From a virus (lineage: Duplodnaviria; Caudoviricetes): a stretch of 28,639 nt of DNA. Below, piece by piece: positions 16,113 through 26,026 of the stretch. The notes beneath the pieces are model-generated. The model saw only the letters and a program-made list of their open reading frames with translations. It did no database searches and was not told the origin of the DNA. The translations under genes were made by a program, and so were the position numbers. The stretch lies in the IMG/VR virus record IMGVR_UViG_3300048670_000080, positions 1 through 28,639 of that record. One strand, written 5' to 3'. Numbering within the stretch: position 1 is the first letter of the stretch; every line of letters starts with the position of its first letter.

Positions 16113-18505
16113 TGGCTGCTCGATTAATCTCATCATCAATTCCAAATTTATTAAACGGAGTTTCTCAACAAGCTGACACAGTAAGATTACCAAATCAATT
16201 TGAAATTCAAGAAAATGGTTTGTCAGATGTTGTTTTTGGTTTAGGAAAAAGACCACCAACAGAACATATTGCAAAATTAAGTAACGATACTAACACCAAC
16301 AGTAAAATACACATTATTAATAGAGACTCTACAGAACAATATGTTGTAATAATTACTAACGGTGGAATTAAAGTCTATGATTTAGATGGTGTTGAAAAAA
16401 CTGTAATTGCACCATCTTTAACTTATTTAAATTCAACCAGTCCAATATTAGATATAAATTTAGTCAGTGTTGCAGATTACACGTTCGTTGTTAACAAAGA
16501 CATAACAGTTTTAAAATCTGGAAACGTAACAGCAGCAAGACCTTCAGAAGCTTTGTTTTATGTAAAAAATGGTCAATATAAAACTAGCTATAAAATAAAA
16601 ATTGATGGTGTTGAAAAAGCCAGTTATGAAACTTTAGACAATTCAAACTCAGCTAACGCATCAAGTATTACTACAGATAATATAGCAACAGAACTATTTA
16701 ATGATTTAAATTCTGCGGGCCTTTCTGGTTATTCAATTACAAGAGATGGATCCATAATACATTTAGTAAAAAATACAGGAACATTTACTGCTGATGTATC
16801 AGATGGCATAGGAGGTGATGGTTTAATATTAATTAAAGATAAAACAAACAGTTTTACAGATTTACCATATAAAGGAGTTGTAGGTTTTACAGTTGAAATA
16901 GCTGGAGATAACGGAAGTGAATACGACAATTATTATGTTAATTGGAATGGAACAGCTTGGGTTGAAACTGTTAAAAGTGGAATTGATAATAATATAAATT
17001 CAAATACACTTCCTCATTTACTTATTAGAACTGCTGATGGTAATTTTAGATTTACTAAAGCAGACGGTTCATCTTACGTTATAAATGGCATTACATATAC
17101 AGTACCTACATACAATTCAAGAACTTGCGGTGATAGTGAAACATCCCCAGATCCTAGTTTTGTAGGTAAACAAATTGCAGACGTATTCTTTTATAGAAAT
17201 AGATTAGGAATTATATCCAATGAAAATGTAGTATTTTCTAAAGCAGGAGAATTTTTTACATTTTATCCTGAAACAGTAACTACAGTTTTAGATGATGATG
17301 CAATTGATATTTCAGTTTCTCACAACAGAGTTTCTAATTTAAAATACGCTGTAGCTTTAAACGAAGAATTATTGTTATTTTCAGATCAAACACAATTTTT
17401 ATTAAAACCTGAAGAAGTATTAACAGCTAAAACTGTTTCAATAAATCAAGCTACAGAATATGAAATTGATCCTACTTGTCAGCCTATTCCTATAGGACAA
17501 AACGTTTATTTTGCTTTTAAAAGAGGACAATATGCGGGTGTAAAAGAATATTTTTTATCAGTTGATTTACAAACTAAAGAAGCTTTAGACACTACTATAA
17601 ACATCCCTAGGTACATTAAAGGTAATTTATATTCATTAAGAGGCTCTACAACTGAAAATACTATTTTTGGTTTTGCTACAGGAGAACGAAACGTAATTCA
17701 TGTTTATAAATTTTATTTTGATAATCAAAACAAAGCTTTACAAAGAAGTTGGTCAAAATATGTATTTCCAACAGCAGACGTATTATTAGATGGTTCTGCT
17801 ATTGAAAATTATTTTTATTTAGTAGTTAAAAGAGCTGATGGTACTTATTTAGAAAAAATAAATTTAAAAACAAATGAAGTTGATACAGATTTAAATTTTC
17901 CTGTATTGCTTGACAGAAAAGTTTTAGTAACAGGAGTTTATAATTCAGGTGCTAACACTACTACATGGACACTTCCATACCCAGCTACACAAACTCGATC
18001 AATTATTTTAGGTGGTTCTTGGAATACTCAAATGAGAGGTAGAAATATAACTGTATTAAATTCAACATCTACTACATTGACAGCAACTGGAAATTATTCA
18101 ACAGCAGCAGCTTATGTAGGATTAAATTATAGATTTAAATTTAAATTTTCTACTATTTATATGAGAGAACAAAAAGCAACAGGAAACACATCTACAATTA
18201 GCACAGGCAGGTTGCAGCTTAAAAAATTAAATTTAATATATGCTGATACTGGATTTTTTAAAGTTATTTTAACTCCTCGTGCAAGAACAGCTTCAATATA
18301 TCCTTTTACAGGACAGATATTAGGTTCTGCTGCATTTATTTTAGGTCAGCCTATTTTAGAAAGTGGAGAATTTAAAGTTCCAGTTCAATGTAGAAATACT
18401 GATATAGAAATTGAGATTGAAAGTGAAAGTTACTTACCTTGTAATTTTTTATCTACAGAATGGCAGGGTTTATATTCAACTATTTCAGGCAGATTGTCAG
18501 TTTAA
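16112..18505 (+). CDS. gp12: Tail tubular protein B (nozzle)
   Basis: SIPNLLNGVSQQ, PSFVG, FFYRNRLG, LLLFSD, GRLQL. Confidence 0.96.
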   Translation: MAARLISSSIPNLLNGVSQQADTVRLPNQFEIQENGLSDVVFGLGKRPPTEHIAKLSNDTNTNSKIHIINRDSTEQYVVIITNGGIKVYDLDGVEKTVIAPSLTYLNSTSPILDINLVSVADYTFVVNKDITVLKSGNVTAARPSEALFYVKNGQYKTSYKIKIDGVEKASYETLDNSNSANASSITTDNIATELFNDLNSAGLSGYSITRDGSIIHLVKNTGTFTADVSDGIGGDGLILIKDKTNSFTDLPYKGVVGFTVEIAGDNGSEYDNYYVNWNGTAWVETVKSGIDNNINSNTLPHLLIRTADGNFRFTKADGSSYVINGITYTVPTYNSRTCGDSETSPDPSFVGKQIADVFFYRNRLGIISNENVVFSKAGEFFTFYPETVTTVLDDDAIDISVSHNRVSNLKYAVALNEELLLFSDQTQFLLKPEEVLTAKTVSINQATEYEIDPTCQPIPIGQNVYFAFKRGQYAGVKEYFLSVDLQTKEALDTTINIPRYIKGNLYSLRGSTTENTIFGFATGERNVIHVYKFYFDNQNKALQRSWSKYVFPTADVLLDGSAIENYFYLVVKRADGTYLEKINLKTNEVDTDLNFPVLLDRKVLVTGVYNSGANTTTWTLPYPATQTRSIILGGSWNTQMRGRNITVLNSTSTTLTATGNYSTAAAYVGLNYRFKFKFSTIYMREQKATGNTSTISTGRLQLKKLNLIYADTGFFKVILTPRARTASIYPFTGQILGSAAFILGQPILESGEFKVPVQCRNTDIEIEIESESYLPCNFLSTEWQGLYSTISGRLSV

Positions 18506-18984
18506 TGACTACAAGAATTGCAACTGAAAGAGTTACTGTAGAACAAGATATTTATGAACTTGTAAAAAATATAAGAAAACCAGATTACGAAGAAGTTAAA
18601 ACAATATCAAATTCAGATGATATTTTATATCCAATTTTAACAGGTTGGAAAAAATCTGAATATTCAAAAACATTTTTAGTAAATGATAAAGTCGCAGGTG
18701 TTTACGGACTTGTTAAATCAGCAGATAATAAAATGGCAGCTTGTCCTTATTTATTATGCACAAACGAATTATATAAAATTAAAAAATCATTTATTAAAGG
18801 ATGTAAGCAAAGAGTTGAGGAAATGTTATTTAAATTTCCAATACTTTTTAACTATATAGACAGCAGAAACACTGTCCATCTTCAATGGATTAAATATTGT
18901 GGATTTAATTTAATTCACGAAAAACAAATAAATAAAATTAAATTTTACGGATTTTTAAAAACAAGAGAGGAAACTTATAATTAA
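18505..18984 (+). CDS. gp13: T7 gp13-like protein (GNAT-like fold)
   Basis: Follows tube B; LFNYIDSRNTVHLQWIKYCGF; TAATG overlap gives start 18505. Confidence 0.8.
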   Translation: MTTRIATERVTVEQDIYELVKNIRKPDYEEVKTISNSDDILYPILTGWKKSEYSKTFLVNDKVAGVYGLVKSADNKMAACPYLLCTNELYKIKKSFIKGCKQRVEEMLFKFPILFNYIDSRNTVHLQWIKYCGFNLIHEKQINKIKFYGFLKTREETYN

Positions 18985-18987
18985 AAT

Positions 18988-19575
18988 ATGTGCGGCCCAA
19001 TAGAAGTTGCTTATGCAGCATTTAATTTTTTAAAAGCAGACGCAGATTACAAATCAGCTAAAGCTTCAGCAGATTACACAAATCAAACTACAGCAAGTAC
19101 AGCTACAACGATGCGGAATGAGGCTATATATTCCGATACTGGTTTAATTAATAAAAGAGAAAATGATGTTCAAGCACTTGCTCTTAAAAAGCTTCAAGTA
19201 CAAACTGCAGCTAAACAAAAAGAAGCTACAGCTAAAGTTGGATTTGGAGAAAAAGGAATTGGTGGTAATTCTGTAGATTTACTTCTTGGAGAAATAGATC
19301 GACAGGAGGCAAATGTATATAACACTATTGATCTTAATTACATTTCAACTATTCAAAATAATGACTCTTTAAGAAACGCTGAAAACAGAAAAATATCTAA
19401 TCAAATACTTGCTTTACCTAGAGCATATAAACCTAATGCGATGTCTTATTATGGTAGTGCAGCACTTAGTTCAGCAGCATTTGCTTACAGTGCTTCAGGG
19501 CCAGACTCTAAAGTATCTCAAATGAATACTAAAATTAATAACTTTTTTAACCCTGGAAATATTGATTTATCATAA
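18988..19575 (+). CDS. gp14: Internal virion protein (gp14-like)
   Basis: MC.P start, GIGGNSVDLLL, about 195 aa, position. Confidence 0.8.
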   Translation: MCGPIEVAYAAFNFLKADADYKSAKASADYTNQTTASTATTMRNEAIYSDTGLINKRENDVQALALKKLQVQTAAKQKEATAKVGFGEKGIGGNSVDLLLGEIDRQEANVYNTIDLNYISTIQNNDSLRNAENRKISNQILALPRAYKPNAMSYYGSAALSSAAFAYSASGPDSKVSQMNTKINNFFNPGNIDLS

Positions 19576-21680
19576 TGGCTAAAAAAATAGATACTAATTT
19601 AGGAATAGATGTTTCATTAACGTCTCCATCCGCTGTTACAGGAGTTTCCGTAGCACTTCCGTCTGAACCTAAAGGAAAAAGTCAATTTCAAGAACTTGCT
19701 GACGTATTTAAAAATATACAACCAGCTGTAAACACTCTTGCAGGTAACGCAGTAGAAAAACAAGCTAAAGAGGACATGATTACTGGTGCTAATAAAATTA
19801 ATAGCATGACAAGAGAAGAAGCTATGTCCGCTCATGAAAAAGGTTTTCCAGATGTTTATAATGGATGGGTTAGACACGGAATGTATAGTCAAATAGCTAA
19901 AGACTCAGCAGATCAATTTCATTTAAATTTTATAGAAAACTATACAAGAGACAGAGTAGATCCTAACTATAATTGGGAAAAAGATTACGCACAAAGATCT
20001 CAACAATATTTACAAGGTAAAGAAAATGATCCTTTTTGGAATAAAAGTTTTGCTGAAGCAAGTGCAGTTTATAAAAAAACAATTTTAGCTAATGAATTTG
20101 AACATCAAAACGATGTAATTAAAAAAACAATAACTGCTTATACAGTTAAAGAAATTAGAAATCTTCCAGATAAAATTGAAGATAAATTAGCAGCAGCTTG
20201 GTTTGATGCAAACCCAATAACTGAAAATGATAATACATATAATGAAAGAAAACTAAAATTCTTTTCTGAAAATTCTTATAAATTCTTTTTAGATGGTCTT
20301 GAAGATATTAAAAAAAATAGAAATGTAGCTATTGATAAAACTGATTTTGACTCAATGATAATGTCAGCTGCAGAAGCCCACCTAAACGAAGGCGGCAGTT
20401 ATGCTCAATTTTTTGGAAGATATATAACAAGTAACAGACCGGACGGCACTCCTGCTATTGTAGATAAACAAGAATTAAGAGGGCAATACACAGCAATTTT
20501 AAAAAGAATTAATGATGTAAATGATCTTGCAATATTTGGAAATAATTTTAGAAGTTTTAAAACTGCAAATTTTGATAACACTCAATATAATAAATTAGCA
20601 GATGATTATTTTGAAAACGCTGTTAAACAAGCTACAGTTAAAGGTAATTTAAATTATCACGATGCTGTTATAGGTGTTATAGCAGCTCATAAACCTTACA
20701 TAGCTGGTAACAGACCTATTCCTTTTATTTCTGGTTTAATTAATAGACCTTTAGGTCAAGGCGGAGATACCGCAGATAATAAATTAAGTTTAGCAATAGT
20801 TAAAGAACTTTCAGACTCTGGAGCGTTGGCTACTTACTTTAAAGACAATCAAAAAAATTCTTTAAAATGGAACATGGGCCTTGAAATGATGAGAAATGGA
20901 GAACCTACATCTAAAATATTTAACGCCTTAGCTTCACTTGAAAAAAATCAAAACTTTATAAATTTAACTGAAACAGAAAAAAAACAAATATCAAATAATA
21001 TTCCAGGGGCTAATTTACCTGCAAACCAAGATTTAGTTTATACAATTGCTCAATATAATAGAAATGCAGGAGTTACAGATGTTAACAAAGTTACTAAAGA
21101 TTATTTAACAAAAAATTATTTTCAAGACAGTGTTGGTAAATGGATCCCTAATTCAAAAGTAATTGATTTAGGAATAGATAAAACCGAATATGAAATGTAT
21201 GCAGACACTGCTTATAAAATTTTGTCTGAAAGAATAGATCCAGATGTAGTCACTCCATTAGTTTCAGATACCGCTGAAACAAATATAGGCGGAATTAAAG
21301 CTTTAGCTAATAAAAGTAATTACAATTTTTCTATAAATTCTGAAGGTGGTTATGCTTATTTTACAATTGTTAGCCAATTAGGAACTGAAATGCCAGTTAC
21401 AGTTAAAAAATATTTTTTAGATGATAAAGGAATGAAAATTCCAGCAACAGATGAAAAAGGAAATAAAATTGTTACGCAAGATTATAAACACCAAGAAGTA
21501 ATACTTCAAATTCCATTAAGCGTCTTAAAAAGTCGTGTAACTACTGACATGCGTAATAAATCTTTAGAAGATCAGAAAAAAAGAAATGAAGCAGATGAAT
21601 TATTAAGGCAAAAAAATAAAGCAATCGATAATTGGATGAAACTTATGGGAAATAATCCTTACTCTAACTCAATATTTTAA
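19575..21680 (+). CDS. gp15: Internal virion protein (gp15-like)
   Basis: 701 aa, between gp14-like and gp16-like genes. Confidence 0.75.
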   Translation: MAKKIDTNLGIDVSLTSPSAVTGVSVALPSEPKGKSQFQELADVFKNIQPAVNTLAGNAVEKQAKEDMITGANKINSMTREEAMSAHEKGFPDVYNGWVRHGMYSQIAKDSADQFHLNFIENYTRDRVDPNYNWEKDYAQRSQQYLQGKENDPFWNKSFAEASAVYKKTILANEFEHQNDVIKKTITAYTVKEIRNLPDKIEDKLAAAWFDANPITENDNTYNERKLKFFSENSYKFFLDGLEDIKKNRNVAIDKTDFDSMIMSAAEAHLNEGGSYAQFFGRYITSNRPDGTPAIVDKQELRGQYTAILKRINDVNDLAIFGNNFRSFKTANFDNTQYNKLADDYFENAVKQATVKGNLNYHDAVIGVIAAHKPYIAGNRPIPFISGLINRPLGQGGDTADNKLSLAIVKELSDSGALATYFKDNQKNSLKWNMGLEMMRNGEPTSKIFNALASLEKNQNFINLTETEKKQISNNIPGANLPANQDLVYTIAQYNRNAGVTDVNKVTKDYLTKNYFQDSVGKWIPNSKVIDLGIDKTEYEMYADTAYKILSERIDPDVVTPLVSDTAETNIGGIKALANKSNYNFSINSEGGYAYFTIVSQLGTEMPVTVKKYFLDDKGMKIPATDEKGNKIVTQDYKHQEVILQIPLSVLKSRVTTDMRNKSLEDQKKRNEADELLRQKNKAIDNWMKLMGNNPYSNSIF

Positions 21681-24600
21681 ATGATAAACTGGAACTTTAT
21701 TCAAGAACAAGAAGGCACTAAAATAACACCAGCATACGTTCCTAAAACTACAAATGATTTATCTGGGGTCACTATTCCTGGAGGTTTTGATTTAGGAAGT
21801 AAAACAGAAGAAACTTTAAGAGATAAATTAAATTTATCACCTGATTTAATAAACACTTTACGTCCTTATTTAGGTTTACAAGGTCAAGCAGCCAGAGATG
21901 TTGCTGGAAATTTAATTCTTGAAAAATCTCAAATTGAAGAAATAAATAACGCTAATAAAATATTATTTACTAATGAATTTACAAATTACTACAATTCTAA
22001 TACAGGCAAAGATTTTAATAATTTAGACGACTCTGTTCAAACTGTTGCTGCTTCAGTTGGTTATCAATATGGAGTAGATTTAAAAAATAAAACACCTAAT
22101 TTTTGGAATTATTTAACTCAAGAAAATTACGATGGGTTGGTATCAGAATTAAGAAATTTTCAAGATGAGTTTCCATCTCGTAGAAATAGAGAAGCAGATT
22201 ATTTAAGCACCGCAATTAAAAAAAAAATACCAAACTATGAATTTGTAGATCTTTGGGGAAAACAAGAAGAAAAAGGCGGAGAGTTATTTTTAGATCAGTT
22301 ATTTAAAACATATCAAAATCAATCTTACAATATAAATAATCCTAGAAATATAGGAACTCTTGAAGCCATAGGAGCTGCAGTTCAGAAAAATCATTTTTTA
22401 CCAATGTTATATAGAACAATGGTTGCTGAAAGTTTTGAGCCAACAGAAAATTTCTCAATGAAAAATAATAAAGATTTTTTTGAGAAATTATATTCAGATT
22501 ATAATATTCAAGATCAATTTAAAGATTATTTTATTGGTGCAGTAAGTGAGGAGCACGCTACAGCTTTAGCTAAAAGAGTTGTGCAAGAACAAGACAATGT
22601 CGCAATCTTAAATAGTTTAGGCTATAAAGGATTATTTATTGATTTAGCATCATGGATGTTAGATCCAGTCACTTTAGGAACGGGAATAGGAATTACTTCA
22701 AAATTAGTAAAAGTAAATGCGTTGGTTCCTGGCTTAACTAGGGTTCAAGCTTTTAAAAGAGGTGGATTAATAATAGGAGCCGAACAAGGCCTTTACACAA
22801 TACCTTTAGCAGCAGAGTCTCCTTCATTAAATATCAATGATGTACTTATAGCAGCAACTTTAGGGGGTACTCTTGGAGGTGGGATCACAAGCTTATTACA
22901 TGGTAAATTACAAAGAATAGCCCAAGAAGCTTTTGATGACACTTTAAAAACTGCAAAATTTAAAAAAACTCCAAATGGAGAAAGAGAAATACCATCTTAT
23001 AAAGATGACGCTGAATTTATAAAAACATTTAATGATACTTATTTTTCCCCAGATAAAATAGATAATATTGAAAGTGCAGGTAAAGGATGGAGAAATTGGC
23101 TTACTTTAGGATTAATACCAGCTACTAGACACGCATCTTTAGATGGAAGTAATGTAGCTAACGTTAGATCAGTAGGTGCTAGACTTGTAGAAAATCCTAC
23201 ATTTTTTATTACAAAAGGAAAAGGAAAACCAAGCGATAGAGTAGTTCCATCTCCTCGAACTGCAGAAACTGAAAAAGTTTTAGTTTTAAATACAGCACAA
23301 AGACTTGTAGCACCTGAAGTTAATAATGCGTTCACAGAATGGGTAAAAGTAAACGGCAGTAAACTTGGAAAAGGTAAAGCAGGTCAATTGTTTGATTTTA
23401 ATGCTAGAGCAATATTTTCTCATAAAGTGTTTAAAGCAATAAATGCTCTTAACCCATCAAATAAAAATGAAGCAGATAAATTATTATTACAAGACCCTCA
23501 TATAAGACGTGCAGCAGAAGCTTACGCTAAAGGATTTAATTATACAGGCAATCAAGTAAAGGCTGCTGGAATTGAAGGATCTGAAAAAATTGTAACAGAA
23601 ATTAAAAGTAAAGGTGCTGACGGAAAAGAAATTTCAGAACAAGTAAAATGGTATGTACCTCAAATTTGGGCATTTGAAAATTATATAGCTTCATCTAATA
23701 GAGTAGGTGCTAGTGGTAAAATTATAGGACGAGAAGGAATAATACAATTAATTAAAGGTGCAATTTTAAGTAAGCAACCTTATTTAGCTAAACAAAGCGA
23801 CCTAGCAACTTTAATAGGTCAAAAAGATGTTAAACCAAATTTTGTTGAGTTAAATAAAGTTAATCAAGCTGCTAAACTAGAAGAAATTAAAACTCTTAAA
23901 GAAAAACTAAAACTTGAAAAAGAGTTTTTAAAGAAAGAAAAAGAAAATCTTGTAGTAGATATAAATGGTGACATTGTTGTAGATCGCCAAGTCTACAGAA
24001 AAGAAAATATTAAAAAATTACAAGAACAGATTAAAAAATTAGACACTGAAGTTAAAGAGTCTCAAGTTAAATTAGAAAAAGATTTTATAGCTAAGGGTGC
24101 AAAAGAAGTTATAGCAGATATAACTCCAGAACGTGCTACAGTAATGGCTGAAGCTATTGTTAAATTTTTAGAGCATAGCTACAAAGGTGGAAAAGGATTT
24201 GATCTTGCTCAACTTTTAAAAATTAAAGATGTAAGTGACCTTAGAGTTTATTTAGAAAGAGAATTTCCAGAAATCAGTTCTGTTGCTAGAGAAAAATTAG
24301 TTAGTGATTTAGGATCTTCTTTAGATTTTGTCACTTCAGGAAGATTAGAAGAAAGAATTAAATTAAATTCAAATTATGAAACAGTAATTGATGGAGTTAC
24401 TTTAAGATTAGACGATTTATTAAATAAAAACGTTGACATTTTATGGAATAGATACGTTAACGAAATGTCAGGCAATATTGGTTTAGCAAAAGTTTTAAAC
24501 CTTAAAAGTAAAAATGATTGGATAAGACTTAGAGATCAACTAAATTCAGATATAGATTTAGATTTAAGAAGCAAGCCACAAGTTGGAATTAAAGGATGGC

Positions 24601-26000
24601 TTGCCAAAACTAAAGCAAACGAAGAAAAGAAAACTTTAGACAGTATTTATGAACATCTTATGGGTAGATCTGGAGAAGAAGATTTATCTAATGGGTGGTC
24701 TGAAGCTTTAAGAAATTTAAGAGCCTTTAACTTTATGCGAGTTTTAGGACAAGTTGGATTAAGTTCATTACCTGATTTTGGAGCTATGGTTGCTACAAAT
24801 GGTTTAAAAACATTTTCAAATAATATTCCTGAATTAAGAACAATATTTCAAGAAGCTCGTATTAAAAATAGAAATAATATTGCTTTAAATAAAGATCTTT
24901 CAGTTTTATCAAGCAACGGAGATGAGTGGGCTTGGAACATGAGTGGTGGTCAAGAAATGTTAGATGGAAACACTGCGTTAACCCATGTTTCAGCAGGAGG
25001 AGCATTTAGAAAAGTTGGAGAAAAATTAACTGCTCTTTTTTCTTTACAAATTCCTATTGATACAACTTTAAGAAAAATGGCGTTAAAACTTTATGTAGAC
25101 AAGTTTGCGTCTGATATGTTTAAAGTAAAAAATGCTAATTTTGATTTAAGTGTTTTAGGTAAGGGAGATCTAAACAGATATAAAGTTTTAGGTCTTGACG
25201 ATAACCAAATGTTAGCTTTAGCTAGAGAATTTACATCACCTTCAGTAACTGTTGAAAAGGCTGCTTACGGTGGTTACAAAGTTAAAAGTTTTAATTGGGC
25301 TAATTTTCAAGACAAAGGATTATTAAATTTCTTTTCAATTGCAGCAGACAGACATGTTAAAAGAGCTGTTCAATACAATTTTATTGGAGACAGTAATCGT
25401 TTCTTTTCTGACAATGCTTTAGGAAAAACTTTAGGTCAATTTAGATCATTCATGATGGTCGCTTGGAACAAACAATTAAATTACAACGTTCAAATGGGAG
25501 ATTTTAAAACATTTTCCATATTCGGTTTAAGTACAATGATGGCTGGAATTACATATGTAGCACATACAAATTTAAATGCTGTAGGTATGTCTGCAGAACA
25601 AAAACAAAAATATTTTGATAAAAGATTTGGTGATAGTGAAGATAAATTTTGGAGAAAAGTTGGCATGGCCGCTTTTCAAAGAGCAGGGTTTTCATCAGCA
25701 CTGCCCTCTTATATGGATTTACTTTTACAGGCTACAGCCCCTGATTGGAGATTTAATACTAGAACAAGTGGATTAGAAGTTAATTTAATTACAGGAAATC
25801 CAACTTATAACTTTGGTTCAGATTTATTAACAGCTGGAGGTTCTATATTAAAAGCATTGGGAAGAGATGATTATGATTTTTCTCAAGTCGATGCAAAAAG
25901 AATAGCAGGGTTGCCTATGTTTAAAACTTTCTTTGGTTACCAAAATTTAATGAACTTTTTAATAGGAAGATCAGGGTTGCCTGAAACAGGCGGAAGATAA
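21681..26000 (+). CDS. gp16: Large internal virion (ejection) protein, gp16-like, with N-terminal pesticin-like muramidase
   Basis: 1439 aa; N-terminal INWNFIQEQEG..YVP..SGVTIPGGFDLG..SVGYQYG..PNFW..RRNREADYL; hydrophobic Gly-rich helices; GQFRSF..AWNKQ near the C-terminus. Confidence 0.85.
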   Translation: MINWNFIQEQEGTKITPAYVPKTTNDLSGVTIPGGFDLGSKTEETLRDKLNLSPDLINTLRPYLGLQGQAARDVAGNLILEKSQIEEINNANKILFTNEFTNYYNSNTGKDFNNLDDSVQTVAASVGYQYGVDLKNKTPNFWNYLTQENYDGLVSELRNFQDEFPSRRNREADYLSTAIKKKIPNYEFVDLWGKQEEKGGELFLDQLFKTYQNQSYNINNPRNIGTLEAIGAAVQKNHFLPMLYRTMVAESFEPTENFSMKNNKDFFEKLYSDYNIQDQFKDYFIGAVSEEHATALAKRVVQEQDNVAILNSLGYKGLFIDLASWMLDPVTLGTGIGITSKLVKVNALVPGLTRVQAFKRGGLIIGAEQGLYTIPLAAESPSLNINDVLIAATLGGTLGGGITSLLHGKLQRIAQEAFDDTLKTAKFKKTPNGEREIPSYKDDAEFIKTFNDTYFSPDKIDNIESAGKGWRNWLTLGLIPATRHASLDGSNVANVRSVGARLVENPTFFITKGKGKPSDRVVPSPRTAETEKVLVLNTAQRLVAPEVNNAFTEWVKVNGSKLGKGKAGQLFDFNARAIFSHKVFKAINALNPSNKNEADKLLLQDPHIRRAAEAYAKGFNYTGNQVKAAGIEGSEKIVTEIKSKGADGKEISEQVKWYVPQIWAFENYIASSNRVGASGKIIGREGIIQLIKGAILSKQPYLAKQSDLATLIGQKDVKPNFVELNKVNQAAKLEEIKTLKEKLKLEKEFLKKEKENLVVDINGDIVVDRQVYRKENIKKLQEQIKKLDTEVKESQVKLEKDFIAKGAKEVIADITPERATVMAEAIVKFLEHSYKGGKGFDLAQLLKIKDVSDLRVYLEREFPEISSVAREKLVSDLGSSLDFVTSGRLEERIKLNSNYETVIDGVTLRLDDLLNKNVDILWNRYVNEMSGNIGLAKVLNLKSKNDWIRLRDQLNSDIDLDLRSKPQVGIKGWLAKTKANEEKKTLDSIYEHLMGRSGEEDLSNGWSEALRNLRAFNFMRVLGQVGLSSLPDFGAMVATNGLKTFSNNIPELRTIFQEARIKNRNNIALNKDLSVLSSNGDEWAWNMSGGQEMLDGNTALTHVSAGGAFRKVGEKLTALFSLQIPIDTTLRKMALKLYVDKFASDMFKVKNANFDLSVLGKGDLNRYKVLGLDDNQMLALAREFTSPSVTVEKAAYGGYKVKSFNWANFQDKGLLNFFSIAADRHVKRAVQYNFIGDSNRFFSDNALGKTLGQFRSFMMVAWNKQLNYNVQMGDFKTFSIFGLSTMMAGITYVAHTNLNAVGMSAEQKQKYFDKRFGDSEDKFWRKVGMAAFQRAGFSSALPSYMDLLLQATAPDWRFNTRTSGLEVNLITGNPTYNFGSDLLTAGGSILKALGRDDYDFSQVDAKRIAGLPMFKTFFGYQNLMNFLIGRSGLPETGGR

Positions 26001-26026
26001 TTACAACAATAAATAAATAAAAAATA

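Noticed and set aside
663-18504. Longest-ORF starts at 663, 2035, 5405, 5773, 10702 and 18460
   Set aside because: RBS position, ATG usage or stop/start overlaps favour 678, 2041, 5411, 5803, 10717 and 18505.
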